Assembly (NCBI RefSeq): GCF_000143415.4
Contig: NW_003314273.1
Span: 1,374,074-1,438,073 of the forward strand
Origin: Selaginella moellendorffii
Taxonomy: Eukaryota > Plantae > Lycopodiophyta
DNA: 64,000 nucleotides
Direction: 5' to 3'
This document shows positions 12,251 through 26,730 of the stretch, one piece after another. Every line of letters starts with the position of its first letter. Within the stretch, counting starts at the first letter, position 1. The notes below the pieces were generated by a model. That model was not told the DNA's origin, ran no database searches, and saw only the letters and a program-made list of their open reading frames with translations. A program made the translations under genes and the position numbers.

Positions 12251-15200
12251 TTAAAAGAAAAAAAATACTTTACTGAATTATACCTTATACAATATGATAC
12301 CTTATGCATTCTCATGCCTCCACTATTCTAATTTGTCCCCGTCACTTATTGACTTATCACAAGGAGCGAATCCTGCTTTGAAGTCACTGCCTCGACAAGA
12401 TGAAACTCAAAGACGAGAAGATACTCAAAGGCAGGCTTGCCAAGTACATTGTAGAGGCTGTTTGTAAGTCCCAAATGTTTCTCATCACAGGTCTTTGGAG
12501 GACATGCATAGCTTTTATGACCATGGACCAAATGTTGAGAACAGCAGCATCATCAAGAAGAGTTGCAATCTAGCATTTAATTTGTCTCACTTCTGGCACA
12601 AGACAATAAGGTTGTTAAGGTTGTTAACAATAAGGCCTTCATTTTTTTTAACTAAGTCCTGTTTGCACAGCAATGCAATGCATCAGGAGCTTGCTGGAAA
12701 CTATGATTTACAGAATTTCCAAGAAGGTATGAGATTCACGCTGATTACAGCAAGTAACTATCAGGTACACTTTTAGTGTTTTCACTCATGGGTCGTGATC
12801 TCCCTTATCTTGAGTTTAGAGAAGCCTGCAAGCATCACAAGATTGTAAGAACTCAGCCAGCTATGTGTGTCTTTGAAGACTGCCATTATAAGTACTTTTG
12901 CTTTAAATTTTATATAACCTTCATTGCCATGGATTCTGTGAATGGCATTTTCAGGACCCCATGTTCCTCCTCTTCCTCCATCTTTCTAAAATTAATGCAG
13001 ATAATTTGAAGATTGGCAATGTGCTGGAATCATAAGTCAAGCTTGCCATTGTGTAGCTGCATGTTCTTCAACAGGAAGTTGTCCAGGCCCAGAGGGCGCT
13101 GAGTGTTCTTCTCTAGAAGGTTTTCCAGGCCTAAAGGGCAATGCAACGCTTTTGATGGTAGGGATTCGTGTGTGCAACCAGACAACGTACTCCATGTTTG
13201 CCAAAAGCATTATAACCAATTGTGCTTTAGATTGAAGGCTGCAAAATAAACTGGTCTTACTAATATGACTGCTTGGCCCCTTCTCATGGACAATACATCT
13301 TTATGAAAAGTTTGCTTCCCTTATATGTAGTAAAGAATACATTTTGATACTATTGGTGTTTGTTAGCTAAAGGTATTGGGCAAAGAAACTTTTTATCAGA
13401 TAATACTCTAAAGCTCTACTTATGGGTGGTGGAGTTCTGGAAATCTGGTCACAACACTTGAGGTTATTTTTTTTCTTTTAAAAGTAATAGTTGCTGCTAT
13501 GTATGTCTATAAGGTATTCATAATGGGACTCATTGAGATCTGGAAAGATCATACTTAAAGCTTTAGAGACAACATTTTCCTACAAATTACATTTAACGAA
13601 GATTGAGTAAATAAAAACTATTCACTCCATAAAGAGGGAAATAAGTTATAGATTAAAATTTAAAAATAGTTAATTTTTTCAAAAGAAGATATATACATTA
13701 TCATGGATTATGATGTTGTATTGATGAACTTGGTCTTTTGTGGCACATCCTCCACTATACAAAATATTTATTATATCACCATCATTTATTACCTTCAATC
13801 TACCAATTGTCTAAAAATTATGAGAATACAAGAATATAAGCTTGAAAATTGATATATTCAGATATCTATTATATTTAAATATTAGGTATAAATAATTTAA
13901 AAAATTGGATGACAGAGATTTTAAGCTTGATGTACAATTACAAAACACTATCTACATGAAAAAATTAATTATGTACTTCTTGAATTTATATGACAATAAC
14001 TCTTGAAAGAAACTCCATATTTTATTTTTATATTACATTCAAATTCTAGAATTTAGATTAGTGTTTTGAAGTTAGAAATTGGAAGGGAATGTTTCTGGCA
14101 GTGGTAGTAGGCTGTAAGTCTCTCTCATGAGTGATCTCTTCTCTACATGAACACTGTATATGTGTTGTTTTAACGGTTATAATGTTATGCAAGATCTACA
14201 AGAAAAAGGTGAAGTTGTAATCTATGCTTTTTTTCACTAGACTTAAGTGGTTTTTAGATCAAAGCATGTAATACCAAGCTGTGCTAAGATCAAAGCAAAG
14301 TAAACCCAGGCTTTTGTGAAAACAAATCAAAGAAGAATAAACATTTAACATGCAATCACAGGTGAAGGATACAAAGATAACATGTGATGGTAAACTTCTG
14401 GGAATTTGATCTCAAACGTTCATTAATGGAGAGTAGATCCTGATTCCAGTCCTATGTAGCAACTGTTTTTTAAAATTATCAATATTTCAAGGATATAACA
14501 CTACTAAGGTAATTGAAGAGGGACCTTGGTTTTTATCTATTTTGAAGTGCTCTGAAATAGATAAAAATCTTGTTTGCAACATTTCATATGAAGTGAAAAG
14601 TTGTTTTTCTATATTGGGTGAGGATTTGGATGTTAGATATGAGTTTGATTTGCTTTCCATTCCTTCCTGATATACCAAATGCATATCATTGCAATATTGA
14701 CTATTAGTGCCACTTATCTTTTTAATCTAAGGGCTCTATTATATTTCTGTGAGTAATCCATATAATTGTAAAAATTTTGTCAGTACTTTGAAACTATTTT
14801 AAAAATTTTATAATAGTTAAATTTGCAGGATTCATAGTACTTGAGGCAATGAGAATCTTGGCTAGTGATTATGCCATCACTAGATGCAGGAGGAAAATTC
14901 TTGCTTGAGCCATGTGGATAGTGGTGATGGTCAACAAGGAAGATTATGTGAGGATATGATTGTTGGGACATGTTAATTGCAATAACAACAATCCTGAATT
15001 GAAACAGGAGAAGGCTTCTAACTCCTAAACTACTAGTTTCCATTGCATTGCAGTTAGTATGTAGAGTGATGTAATAGAAGCCATTGGAGACCTTGCATGC
15101 TTACTTTGAACATGTACTTTATTTATCAAATTCTTGTGTGCTTAGTAGTTTTTATCTCTTTTTTTTTTATTTCCAGGCTAAGGCAAGTGGCACAACTAGA

Positions 15201-15697
15201 AAATGCAAACACTCATGAAAAAGCCACCATGAGGTTCATCTCTTATTGCTTTTCTCTTTTTCCTTTCAAGAGTTTCACTGTGTTAAAAAGGTCTAAAAAA
15301 CCAGGAAGGTGTTGCTGGTTTACCTAGCAGTAGGATGATTGACTTGCATTTTACTGCAGCGAGCCCATCCATCTACTGTAGCAAGAACTCTTGGTGTTGA
15401 GAAAATGAACTAAGTTTTGTGTAGATATAGACTGCCATACCAAAGGCTCCCAAACTCCATTCAAGTATGCATCACAAATCTATGATCATAATAGCAATAT
15501 TTCATCATGCAACAGCTGAAGTTTGAGACCTAGAGGATGAGAATGTGTATTAGATCGAGCCTCCACCAGTAAAAGGTAGCACATTGTGAAATAGATGAGG
15601 AAAATATTTTTGCTGTTAAATACTAATTTAGTAATAACAGTTTAGTTTTAGCTAGAAACATACATTATTTCATAAGAAACATTTCTTGATTAATTAC

Positions 15698-18600
15698 TGT
15701 CAGAGATAGTGGGTAGGTTGGGCATGGCCGACCAATCTGAAGTATAGTCTAGCTCCCGCTTGCATGCCTATCCTCGTTCTAGCTTGGGTTTAAGCCCAAG
15801 TTCCATTCCATGCTAGTAGGTGGAGTACCCATATCCTTGTGTTATGCCATTGGTATGCTGAATAGCGTCAGACTTCGTTTGGCTCCATTTTGCGTGCTGG
15901 TCCTGACATTGGGATGTTGGTTGCTCTAGGACTATTCCAAATTGCTTTGTGCTCCTGTCCCTTCGCTCCTTCGGCTGTATACTTGGGAGTTGTTCCGTGC
16001 TCTAGTGCCATTGCTCCTTGGTTTCATGCTTGGGAGTTTGGCACTGTTCCTTTATTCAGTGGCCCAAGGCTCTAAAACTTGGTTTCCGCACCATTGTCTT
16101 TTGGACATGTGGCATGTGACACATGGCACATAGAGGGTTTAGGTTTTGCTTCGTGGTTATCCTATGGTAAATCACCATAGGATAAAGGGTAAAAACCATG
16201 TGCGCTACATTTGGTATCAAAGGATACGTCTTAGTGAGTACTATCCAATGAGATTGGGCAACTAGTCTCGTTGCATAGCAAAGATTAAAATGATGATCCG
16301 AGTGGGTACATGTTTGGGTGCTAAGACTTCGCATTCATTCCTTAGGTATGGATTTGGTTTTACTCATAAAAGGGATTGAGTTGTTCCATTTTTGCACGAG
16401 TTTGTGTTTGGGCTTGTGAGTGAGGTGCATTAGTAACTCAAGGTTACACTTTGAGTTAGTAGGATTAATCTTAACTTATCAGTGGTTCCAGATGTTGTTC
16501 CATGTACCGTAGGAGAAAGTAAACCTCCCCTGGGTTTGTGATGAGTGGCAAATAGGCTGGTCCATAGCTGTTTAGCATGGCACTAGTGGATCCTTCCTAG
16601 GTATGATTACAAGATTATAGGGATCAATATTGATTCAAGTAATCATTGTCGTGCTCTCTTATAAAATCTTTTTAGATTGGACTGAAGGTAGTTTGAGGTT
16701 TGGTCAAAGATGAGGCCGAAAAGAGAGTCGTCATGGACGAAGGATCAAACACGTAAATCATCTTCTATTCTTGGAGAGATGGTTCGCAATGAGGTGTGAC
16801 TCATTGCCCATGTTCACATTATGCAATTAAGAGTCCCTACCTTGATGTATATTCATTATGATGGTTTTACAAGTGGTGAGTTATGGGATGGATAGCAGTG
16901 AAGCGTTAAACCATTTTGTCTAAGCTTGCTATTGAAGACTTGGGTTGCAATGCTCAATTCTTTTCCAGAAAACTTTCCTATTGCTCCTTGAGTAGCTTGG
17001 TGCTGGATTAGTGTTGAGTTTGGTCAGATAGAGAGTGGCATGAGCTTGTCCATATTGTGAACAAAAGTTAGTGGCGTCGGGTGTTGTAAATCTCTATCGG
17101 TAGAGTATGGCATTTATGTTGCATTTTATCGAATCGAGTTAGCATTTAATACTCACATAAACCTTTGTAATAGTGACATGGGCATTGCTCGTGGTGTTAC
17201 TTAATTGATGATCAAGTCATTGTGATTTTATATCATATCCATGTGATAGTGAGCAATGTGTTGACAAAGTTGCTTGGTTAAACGATAATCACACCCAAAT
17301 TGGTTGATGGTGAAGCGAGTCTACTTGCACGAAATAACATTGTAGTAACTTTGACTGGATTCTCAATAGTGATTAATGATATGCTAAGCTTGAGTTGGTA
17401 CCTTGCTTCCTTGACAGTTTGCCCATAAAGTGTTAGAAAGGGTTATAGCATTCACTTGCTATGGCTTGTTGATCCGTTAGCACTTGGAGTAAACTATTAG
17501 ATGGAGAAGGTATGTAGCTACGGCATTGGCATCACTAGCACTAGTGTTAGTGGAAGTGGCATTGTTGTTTCAAGTGATGAGAAGTTTTTTCCTTGGAATT
17601 TGATTTTTCATGTCATTTTTCTTGTTAGTGTTTTGGCTTCATGTTGGATCTTAAAGGTGGTTGAAGAAGAGTGTTAGTGCAATGTGGATATTTGAAGATA
17701 TGGTCTTTGTGATCAAGCCTTAGATGTTCATTTTGCATTTTTGTGGATATCGATGTTAGATTTGGAGATATGGGCATGATGTTTGATGCTTGGACATATT
17801 ATTGGGTCATGAGAATTTGTGTTGAGGAACTTATGTGAAGTTGTTAGTATAAGGAAGTTGGTTGAGTATTAAAATTTTGCATTCCTGGACTAAGAATCAT
17901 TCTTTCTCTAGGATGGAAAATTCTCCACAATTTTTTTTATTCTTTTCCAATAGCTGATCTATTGATCACTTTGCTTGAAAACCATTCTATTTTTGTAAGC
18001 CAATACAAACGAGTGAAGGGGTTGTAGTTGACTTTGGTAAGCTTAGACCTTAGTAGGTAGTTTGTATGATGTGACCTGAAAAAGAGATGCTGACCTTTTG
18101 AGGCTAAAGCAATTGAGTTGGATAGAGTCTAGAGTTGGTGTACAAAAGTGGCCATTGTGCTTNNNNNNNNNNNNNNNNNNNNNNNNNNNNNNNNNNNNNN
18201 NNNNNNNNNNNNNNNNNNNNNNNNNNNNNNNNNNNNNNNNNNNNNNNNNNNNNNNNNNNNNNGATGCCTCATCGTTGAGAATATTAATATTAAGATTTGA
18301 GTGAAATGATATGTCTCTCCTTAGGATTGATATTGAGTTTCATTAGTCTTGATGAAGATAGTGTTGATGATTTAATTTGAGCTTTGTGTTATTAACATTC
18401 ATGCATTTGCTAGTTAGTAACTATATTGATGTTCAAATGAATTAAGTGGCAAGTTTGAGTTACTTGTGTTTTAGATGAGATTATTTAGTAGGGGTTGAGG
18501 TTTGGCTTTTCTTTAAAAACAAATCTAATAAGGATTCAAACATTCCAATATCAATCACTAACACTTCCTCTCATAAAGCTAGCATAGTCCATAACTAAAT

Positions 18601-20797
18601 CACAGTTAGATATATTGATCATTGATGATTCTTTTTGTGCTTATTGTGAAGTGAGTTACGTCTTGTTATAGATGGATTCATAAAGGATTGATTTGATGAT
18701 CACTTGTTGAGCATAGCTTCGTTATACTTAGCTTTTGGATTGATGCAGACATGCTCTTCATTAGCTTTGGCATTATGAAGTTTAGCTTATGGAAGTGTTG
18801 AGGAGAATATTGTGGGTTGACCATGATTTCTTCTTTAGCATTGAAATTAGTTCATACAAGACTCATGATCATTGTTAAGCATGATTTAGCTATAGACTTC
18901 TTCGAGCTTTTGGTTCTTTGGGTTTTATGCTTATTGCTCCATTTGCTTGAAGTTGTTGAGGGAAGGCATTTAAGCTTATTAGCTTTGATATTGAAGTGTT
19001 TCGATAGCTTTGATTTTGCATCTCACAATCATTAATGGAGGTTAACTATCATCTAGGATAGTTGATTATCCTTATCAAAAGGTTTTTCTTGATTGTTGTG
19101 ATACAGAATGGTTCACTAGTGGATTCCTTTTTTGACAATAATTCTGCATATCTCTTTTTGATTGGATGATTGATGATCTTTTATGATGGTTAGTTATTCT
19201 CTTTGATGGCTTATGGCTTTTTGCAATACCACATGTTCTTTGTGGTTTGCTCTGAATTGGTCTTTTAGATTTGAGATATCGGTAAGATGTTGTTAACACT
19301 TGCTCAAGCAATTTGAGTTCCTTAGTATTATTGACTGGGATCTATTCAGATTGGTTAGTATGATAGTTGACATGAACGAGTGTTTGTTGGTCTTACCATA
19401 TTCATTTTGTTTTATTGATTGTTGCTCGAGTTAGTTCTAATAAATTAGGATATTATTACCTTTGGGTGATACATTTGCGAGCATCTTACTTGCTAGTCAA
19501 TGATACTTGGTGTTCTTTGAGTTCTCTTTGGAAGTTGTTTGGCATACTGTTTGTAATCATTGGTAGTTCAATTTTATTATCGAGTTTTCTTGATGATACA
19601 CTTGCTATTAAATTTTGTTGGATGGTGAATCCTATGTTTTCCAATTATGATGATCTTGGTGGTTCTTGTACTTTAATATTGGTTTATCGGATGACAACTT
19701 ACTTGGAATACTTTTATGTTCTAATCTAAGATTGATTCACTAATAAATAAGACTCTAAAATATCATTGTCTATGACTTTGATATTGTCCTTCTATTAATC
19801 TTTGAGTTTGGGCTAGTATAGGCAGACTCGTTTCAGCACTTCATATGTATAGTGAAATCTTTAGTCATGGGGTAGCTACTGTCGACTGGTCACATCACCC
19901 GCTTCTCTGTCAATATTACTTATTCCGTTAAAAAGGGCATAACCGTGTAAACAACTCTAACTGCCTATTTATAGTAGTATATCTAAACCTTACCGACGGG
20001 TTTGGTTTCTTTGCTCATGAGGGTTGGGGCCTTTAGCTTCTCTCTCTATGTCCTTACAATCAGAGGCATATCACACTTTTGTAAACTGGGTGACACCTAG
20101 AGCAGCAAGGGTGGCTAACTCCATTGGTCATTTCTTTGTCAGTGACGGCTGAAAGGTGTCTGAGTGGGTAGCGCATCTACGTTAGACAAAGAGGTTACCT
20201 TAACTCATTTAAGTTGGTGCATTTCTCATATAGTGTGATCACCATGAACTTCTTTTTGGAGTTGTTTCCTTGGCGGTGGTCTAGACTCGAGTATGCATCG
20301 ATGAGGACATCGATCTTCCCTAGGGGGGAGAGTGTCGCGAATGTGACTTCGGATATCAAAAGTTACTTGTTGGCCAATCCTTACGGACACTCTTTCCTTA
20401 CTGCCACGACGGTAGGAGGTCGGTAATGCTGGACTCGTTATCAATTCCCACTTGAGTTAGTTGAGAAATTGGTCAATGAACATGCACTTAAATTGGATAA
20501 ACATAAGGTAGGAACCCTATGTGTTTCTTGCTGAGCATACTCAACCTGGTTTGAAAAATTTGTGTCATTGGCTTGCACTTGCTAGTGTCTGCTCCTTGGC
20601 TTCACGCTTGGGAGTTTGGTACCGTTCCTTCATTTAGTGGCCTAGGGCCTTAAAACTCTAGTTCCGCACCATTGTCCTTTGGACAGCATGTGTCACATGG
20701 CATATGACACATGGCACATAGAGGGTCTAGGTTCTGCTTCATGGTTATCCTATGGTAAATCACCATAGAATAAAGGGTAAAAACCACATGTGCTACA
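15698..20797 (+). mobile_element. Decayed LTR retrotransposon (probably Ty3/Gypsy-type) with an internal N gap
   Basis: About 200-bp direct repeats at 16001-16209 and 20581-20797, both ending CTACA. Met-tRNA PBS TGGTATCA at 16212. PPT AGGGGGGAGAG at 20322-20332 before TGT at 20333. No intact ORF. The left boundary is a guess. Confidence 0.75.
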
Positions 20798-22498
20798 GTT
20801 TGTTAGTAGAGGTGGTGTCTTCCTTGTAAACTAGGCCCCAAGCTTTGGTGTCCGAGGAGAGCTCAAGTGTTGGAAGATTGGGGGATGGCTTCCAGCTAGG
20901 GACAAAGGCAGGCATCCATAGGTTTTGGTGGAGATTATGGTGAGTGGGGAGATGAAGAGTGCCAGACACTTGGGATCATGGTGTGAGAGCTTGGAGACTT
21001 CTTCCCATGCTTTGAAGCTTCTTCACTTGGTGGGATTTGTTTGACTGAGTGGTGGTGGTGATGGCAAGCTAGAAAAACACTGGTAGTAACAATGGTAGGC
21101 ACAACCAAAAGCAAGAGCAGGAGAGTGCAAGCCATGCATTTGTGATTTTTTTCTTCATGGTTTGGAAGGAATCTTACCTCTGTTCTCCCTGCAGGCTTGA
21201 AAATTAAAGAGTCACTGGATCTCACATATCTGTGTTGCCTTTGTCAAAGATTTATAAAAGTCCAACTCTTTTTCACTTTATATGATCTGGATTTTTTGGC
21301 CCTTTCTTGCTTTATAATAGTCTGGATTTCTTAACTCTCAATTTTTGAGTATGCACAACAGGAAACTAAAATTCACAAATCTCACTTATCAGCATTCCTT
21401 TGGTCAAAAAATTATATTTTATGGCCTAAGACCACACTTTACTATTATGTCTTGGATTTTGCATTTCTTTCTCTCTTTTAGCAGTTTCTTAACATCAAAT
21501 GCTTTGTAATCAAAAGAGAGCATGCAAGAAGTTCCTTCGCAAGAAGAACCCCCACGCTGCCTATGCTGTATTCCAAAGGCAATGACTCTGAACTCAATAT
21601 CCATATTGAGCAGAATAATCTCTTCAATTTCTTCTTGCCACTTTATAGTAAGACACTGAAAAAATCTAAGATTCTATAGAACTTCATTGGTTAAAACTCG
21701 GACAGGAAATCTAGAAGAAAAAGCCAGCCTTTGAACACTTCTGTTTCTTATCCTGGTCCTTTGATCTAAAACCAAGTGGGTTATGCTAGAACATCTGAAA
21801 CCTCCCTTGATATCAAGCTTTCAAGTAGATGTTGTAACTTTTAATTATGGATTTCTTATGTTCCATCTTCAGGATGATGAATTTATAATCTCTTGGAACT
21901 GTCTATGCAGGCATTTATTTTCATTTCAAGTACAAGACTTGCAGAATAAAAGAAGCCAGCTTTGATTAATCACAAAACCTTGCTTTCTAGAGTTTACAGC
22001 TATAAATTTCAACTGATTATTTTAAAATTTAATATTAAAATGTTTACTGCTTATGCTAAAATTCTTGAAATTTCAATGTGCCCAACAAATTTTTTACTCT
22101 TCCAGCAGAGCTGAGATCCCAGCTAGTACTTATATATTTAAATGAAAGAGCCAGTATAATAATAGCATATGCTGAGGGCACTTATTATGGGCATATGGCA
22201 AGATCTAACAGTTGAGATATGATTAGAAAAGGTTGTAACTTTTCAAATCAGAAATTTTTAATTATGGCTTTTAGGGCAAATGAGAAGCACGGGGTGCTAA
22301 GCAATGAACATGTACTTTGGTTATAAATTATATTTTCTTTTGGTAAGAAAATGGTGCTGCGTGCATGGTGCCCTGTCTTTGATAAGGTTGGTTTACGTGT
22401 TCTGCTATGCTGGCTGAAAGTGTATGGCTTGCTTTCTTTTTTACAAATCTATCCACAACGTAGCTGTCAGGTCTTGCCTCCATTTCTCTGTCACTGTT

Positions 22499-23600
22499 CC
22501 AGTAGCATCCAAGACTGCGTACATGACAGCCATTGGAAACCACGAGAGTCTTACGAAAACTTGTAGATTGATCTGTGTGGTTTTCAGAGATTATCCAGGC
22601 TCAAGATCTTTGTATAACACACCAGACTCAGGTGGCGAGTGTGGAGTCCCATATCGAACTTATTTTCGGATGCCTGTCCAAGACATCAACAAGCCGTTGT
22701 ACTCGATGGCTATTGGTCCCGTGCATTTCACAGTCATCTCTACAGAACACGACTGGAGCTCAACCAGTGAACAAGTATGCATTCTTATTCTTTTCATGTT
22801 TACTTCAACGAAACCTTCTTCTACAGTACGCTTGGATGAAATCCAACCTTGAATCTGTCGACAGAATCAGTACACCATGGATAGTTTTTACAGGGTAACT
22901 GTTTTTATCCACATTTTCATTCTGTAAACTCATATTTGCTATTTTTCTTTTTGTCATCGACTTATGTACTCCACTCACGGGAATTATTTCTAAACTTCTA
23001 CCAGGTGTGGATCCGAAATTTGTAGCAGCTGTGGAACCATTGCTCTTGAGAAACAAGGTAAAACACGAGCTCTTCAAAGGGAAAACCAGAATGAAACTGT
23101 CTTTTTTTTTTGCACAGGTTGATTCAGCAGTGTGGGGGCATGTTCACAACTACGAGTAAACTTGTGCTGTGTTTCAGGGCCGCTGCCTGCAGCACTCGAT
23201 CAAGGATTTAGCGGGTGTTGATTTCTTTGACACTACAATTTACTCGGCTCCAGTTCACGCTGTGGTTGGCATGGCCGGATTCAGCCTGGATGACTTCCCT
23301 TGTAATGTAAGCTTGCAGCTTTGTTTTCTATACTCAAGCTCTTTATATGGTATTGATATTCTACCTTTTCTATTGATATTACCTTCTTTTTTTTTTTTGT
23401 CGACAGTTTAGTTTATGGAGCTTGATTTGAAGGTCGGCATTTGGATATGCAAGAGTGAAAGCCGATAAGACAAAGCTACTGTTTGAGGTAGATGAATTGT
23501 GTTCTTGGTTCTTGCATGTTATTTATTTATTTTTCATTCCAGTACATTACAATGGATGGAACAGTAGCTGACTGGTTTAAAATTGCCAAGCTAAACTGGG
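22499..23600 (+). pseudogene. Purple acid phosphatase (NPP/PAP27-type), C-terminal half, inverted relative to its N-terminal half
   Basis: PVASKTAYMTAIGNHE, DSGGECGVPY, STEHDW, TPWIVFTG, WGHVHNYE* (in-frame TAA near 23156), APVHAVVGMAG, FGYARV. Confidence 0.9.
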
Positions 23601-23652
23601 GATTTTCCAGGCCGTGAACGATTTCAAGCTTTACAAGTTCAATAGTTGGCTT

Positions 23653-24760
23653 TTAGAGCTTGCTGATTTGCTTGATGCTGCCAAGAGCTCTTGCTTTGTT
23701 GTGCAGCACCTGTTTTTGGATCTTGCCAGTCGCAGTTTTGTCCAAGGCCACGAGAATGATGACGCTTTTTGGCACCATGAACTCTGGCAAACGCTGTCGA
23801 CAGAATGAGAGTATCTCCTCCTCCTTGCTTCTCATGCCGTGCTTGAGGGACACAAATGCACATGGAGACTCGCCCCACTTCTCGTCTGGCCGCGCCACCA
23901 CAGCAGCTTCCAACACTGCTGGATGCGTGGAAGAAAAAGAAGCAAACTTTAACTAGAAACAAAGAAGAAAAAACTCTCCTCTTACCTGTACAAGATGCTC
24001 CCACTTCCAGGCTGCTAATGTTCTCCCCTCCAGAAATGGTAATATTCTTGGCTCGATCCTTGATCTCGATGTATCCATCAGGATGCCAAACTGCCAAGTC
24101 CCCTGAGTGGAACCATCCTCCTCTAAAGCTCTCCAGCGTCGCCTCTGGATTGTTCAAGTACCCCCTGAACACCATGTTCCCACGCATGCAAACTTTGCCA
24201 ATGGTGACACCGTCCTTGGCAACCGGTTCCAGAGTTTCGGAGTTGAGCACCTGTAAGCCGTCGAGGCAAACATATTTCACACCCTGCTGAGCCTTGAGCC
24301 TGGCCTGCTCATCGGGCTAAAGGCTGTCCCATTTGGGATTCCACTTGCACACTGTGCATGGACCATATGTTTCTGTGAGCCTGTAGACATGCGTCACATG
24401 AAACCCGAGAGCTTCAATTTTAGCCAGGACTGCTGCCGGAGGAGCCGCACCCGTGGTCATTATCCTGACTTGCCTGTGTTGGAGCCGCAAGAACGTTGAG
24501 CCTGTTGCCACACTTATGATCGTGTTGAGCACCGTGGGAGCAGAGCAAAAGTTGGTCACGTTGTGCTCGGCTATGGTGGCAAAGATTCCTTTGGCTATCA
24601 CCTGTGGAAACGAGGAACTTTACTGCTCTACAAGCGTAAATGAAGAGACGAGGAAAAGCAACCCTGGTGAAGGCATATGTTGGTCCCGGCCAGAGCTGCG
24701 ACTGCCTAAGAAAAGCACCACCCGTTGCAATGGAAGAGCGGGAGAGTCCAGAGATAGATG
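23653..24760 (-). pseudogene. Peroxisomal acyl-activating enzyme (AMP-binding, AAE clade), 5'-truncated pseudogene
   Basis: YLWTLPLFHCNGW, LTETYGP, GGWFHSGDL, IKDRAK..ISGGENISSLEV, DEKWGESPCAFV, KTATGKIQK, and C-terminal PTS1 -SKL. In-frame TAG at 24317. Confidence 0.9.
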
Positions 24761-25140
24761 CATGGCAAGCTTAAGCCAGCTTCACGTCTTATTCTGGAAG
24801 AGGCCAGTTGTAGAATTGTGGAAGAAGACGTAGAATGGAAGACATTTTTTTGTCTATACAGAGATCGAGGATGTGGCAGCGGTATGAAAGTCGAAAGTTC
24901 TCATTGTTGCTGAGATCTCAAAAGTGCAGGCGGTGATCTGGCGAACCTTGTTGGGAGGTAGAGAGTTTTTAATTCTACTGAACAGCTTATCATTTGCAGA
25001 CATTTTCCAGGAGAATGACTTGCAAATGCCACTGAGTGGCTTCAGAGGGGCACAAGTTTCGAGATGCATGAACGTGGGTACAGTAAACATGCTGATTTTG
25101 TTCCGTTTCAAAGTGTCACTTGAGTTATTTCTTCTCACAG

Positions 25141-25630
25141 CTCGATCATCTCCAGGAAATGATCCCATTCCGCAAGCCAGTAGCATAGCTTAAGTCTCCA
25201 ATGTGGAAAATTGCATCTACGACCTCTTTTGCCATGGCATCAATAACTTGCAGTGCACCAGGCTGCAAACATAAATAGTTTGGGAGCGTGAAGTTGGCAA
25301 GATGTAAGAGTTTCTGAGATTTAACTTACTTGGATGTAATGCTCCAAGCTGTCATCTCGTTCGGCCTTTCCCATGTCTCCAAAGATTAAAAACTTCGTAC
25401 AGTAAGGTCCTCCGGCCGGAGGAGTAGTGAACGTTTTCAAGTTGGACCAGCCAGAATTATCACTGCAAATAATCAGACTTTAGAGTCAGCACAGACGATG
25501 AAAGGAAACCTTCCTTACCTTCCATATCGGTATGAATATCTTGTATCAGGCCTAAGATTTGGCATTCGTGCAATGTGTACGAAACCAGGTCATGCCAACT
25601 GAAGTCCTTAGCTGGTCCCGAGACAGCATC
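25141..25630 (-). pseudogene. Purple acid phosphatase, N-terminal half
   Basis: GPAKDFSWHD, LRPDTRYSYRYG, FLIFGDMGKAERD, IFHIGDLSYATG, EWDHFLEMIE. Ends exactly where the plus-strand half at 22499 begins. Confidence 0.88.
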
Positions 25631-25704
25631 TACAGCGGAAAAAACAAAATTAAAATATAAAAGAAGCCAAGAGAAAAATAGAAATCGACATCATACCACA
25701 CAAA

Positions 25705-26730
25705 TCTCCTCAAGTATGACAATTTCTTTCACAAGAAAAATCAGCCTTCTCATGCTCAGTATGCCAACAACATTTTCATCTAAGGAATCCTGTGATGAGC
25801 GAGATTCTCAAAAAAAGCAGGCATCCATGCAATGTGTGAATGGTAATTTTTTTCTTCTTGCTATCTCTTGCTTTATGAGAGCTCATGTTTTTGTGCATAG
25901 GGGAGAACATCATCCAGCCGTGTAGGCTGGGAAGTATGTGAATAGCTGGCAGACATCATTTGACGTGAAAGACAGATTGCCACAGTAAAGTTCTTCTTCC
26001 TTTTCCCTTTTCTGACCAGTTTCGCTTGCAGAATAGACTTGCTAGTGGATGACAACAATTTGTGGGCATCTTATGCTGGTCCCAGAGGCTGGAATGGTGA
26101 AATCAGTGGTTGGCTTTGCGTAAATTTCTCAAGTTCTCTCTTTCAGATCCCAACATACTCCAAGTGGAGAATGGTTGAATGTCCTTGGTTGAGTATCGTT
26201 CACATTTCAGCATTTGGTCTATCATGAAGGTTTGCATGCTCGTTTCTCATTAACCCAGACTAGAGTGCCTTGCCTCAGGCACCTCTCATCATTGGTTGTG
26301 AGTTGAGAACAATCATGAAAGAACACCTTCAAATTTACAAGAACACTGAGATAATAGTGGTAAATCAAGGTAAGTTTATGAAGATTGGAGCCACTGCTTT
26401 CTTAGTATCTTTCTTTTGACATGTAGAATACAGGGATGCAAAGTGGGCTGGATAGGACAGTTGTCATAGTGGCATGGAACAGAGGGTGGAAGCGAGCATT
26501 AATCAAGAACAACTGTAGATTGGAACCAGGTGTGACAGCAAGTGTGAGAGATTTGCGGAAAGTACACAATACATTACATAGTTCACAATTGATATATATC
26601 TTTGTTCTGTGTGGGTTATAGCACAAAGAATGGACTTCAAGGCAGGAGGATGGTTTTGAAGTGGAAATAGATTCCCACAACTGTGGGGTGTATATCTTGT
26701 CCAACATTTCCATGGCAGAAGTGTACTTTA
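25705..26730 (+). pseudogene. Alpha-galactosidase (GH27) fragment
   Basis: LKYDN, MCEWG, NSWQTSFDV, WASYAGPRGWNDP, EYRSHFSIWSIMKAPLIIGC, EIIVVNQ, VRDL. Has stops and lacks the 5' part. Confidence 0.88.

Noticed and set aside
20935-21225. 96-aa ORF with a hydrophobic stretch and His run
   Set aside because: No recognisable family and it abuts an LTR. At most a further gene fragment.
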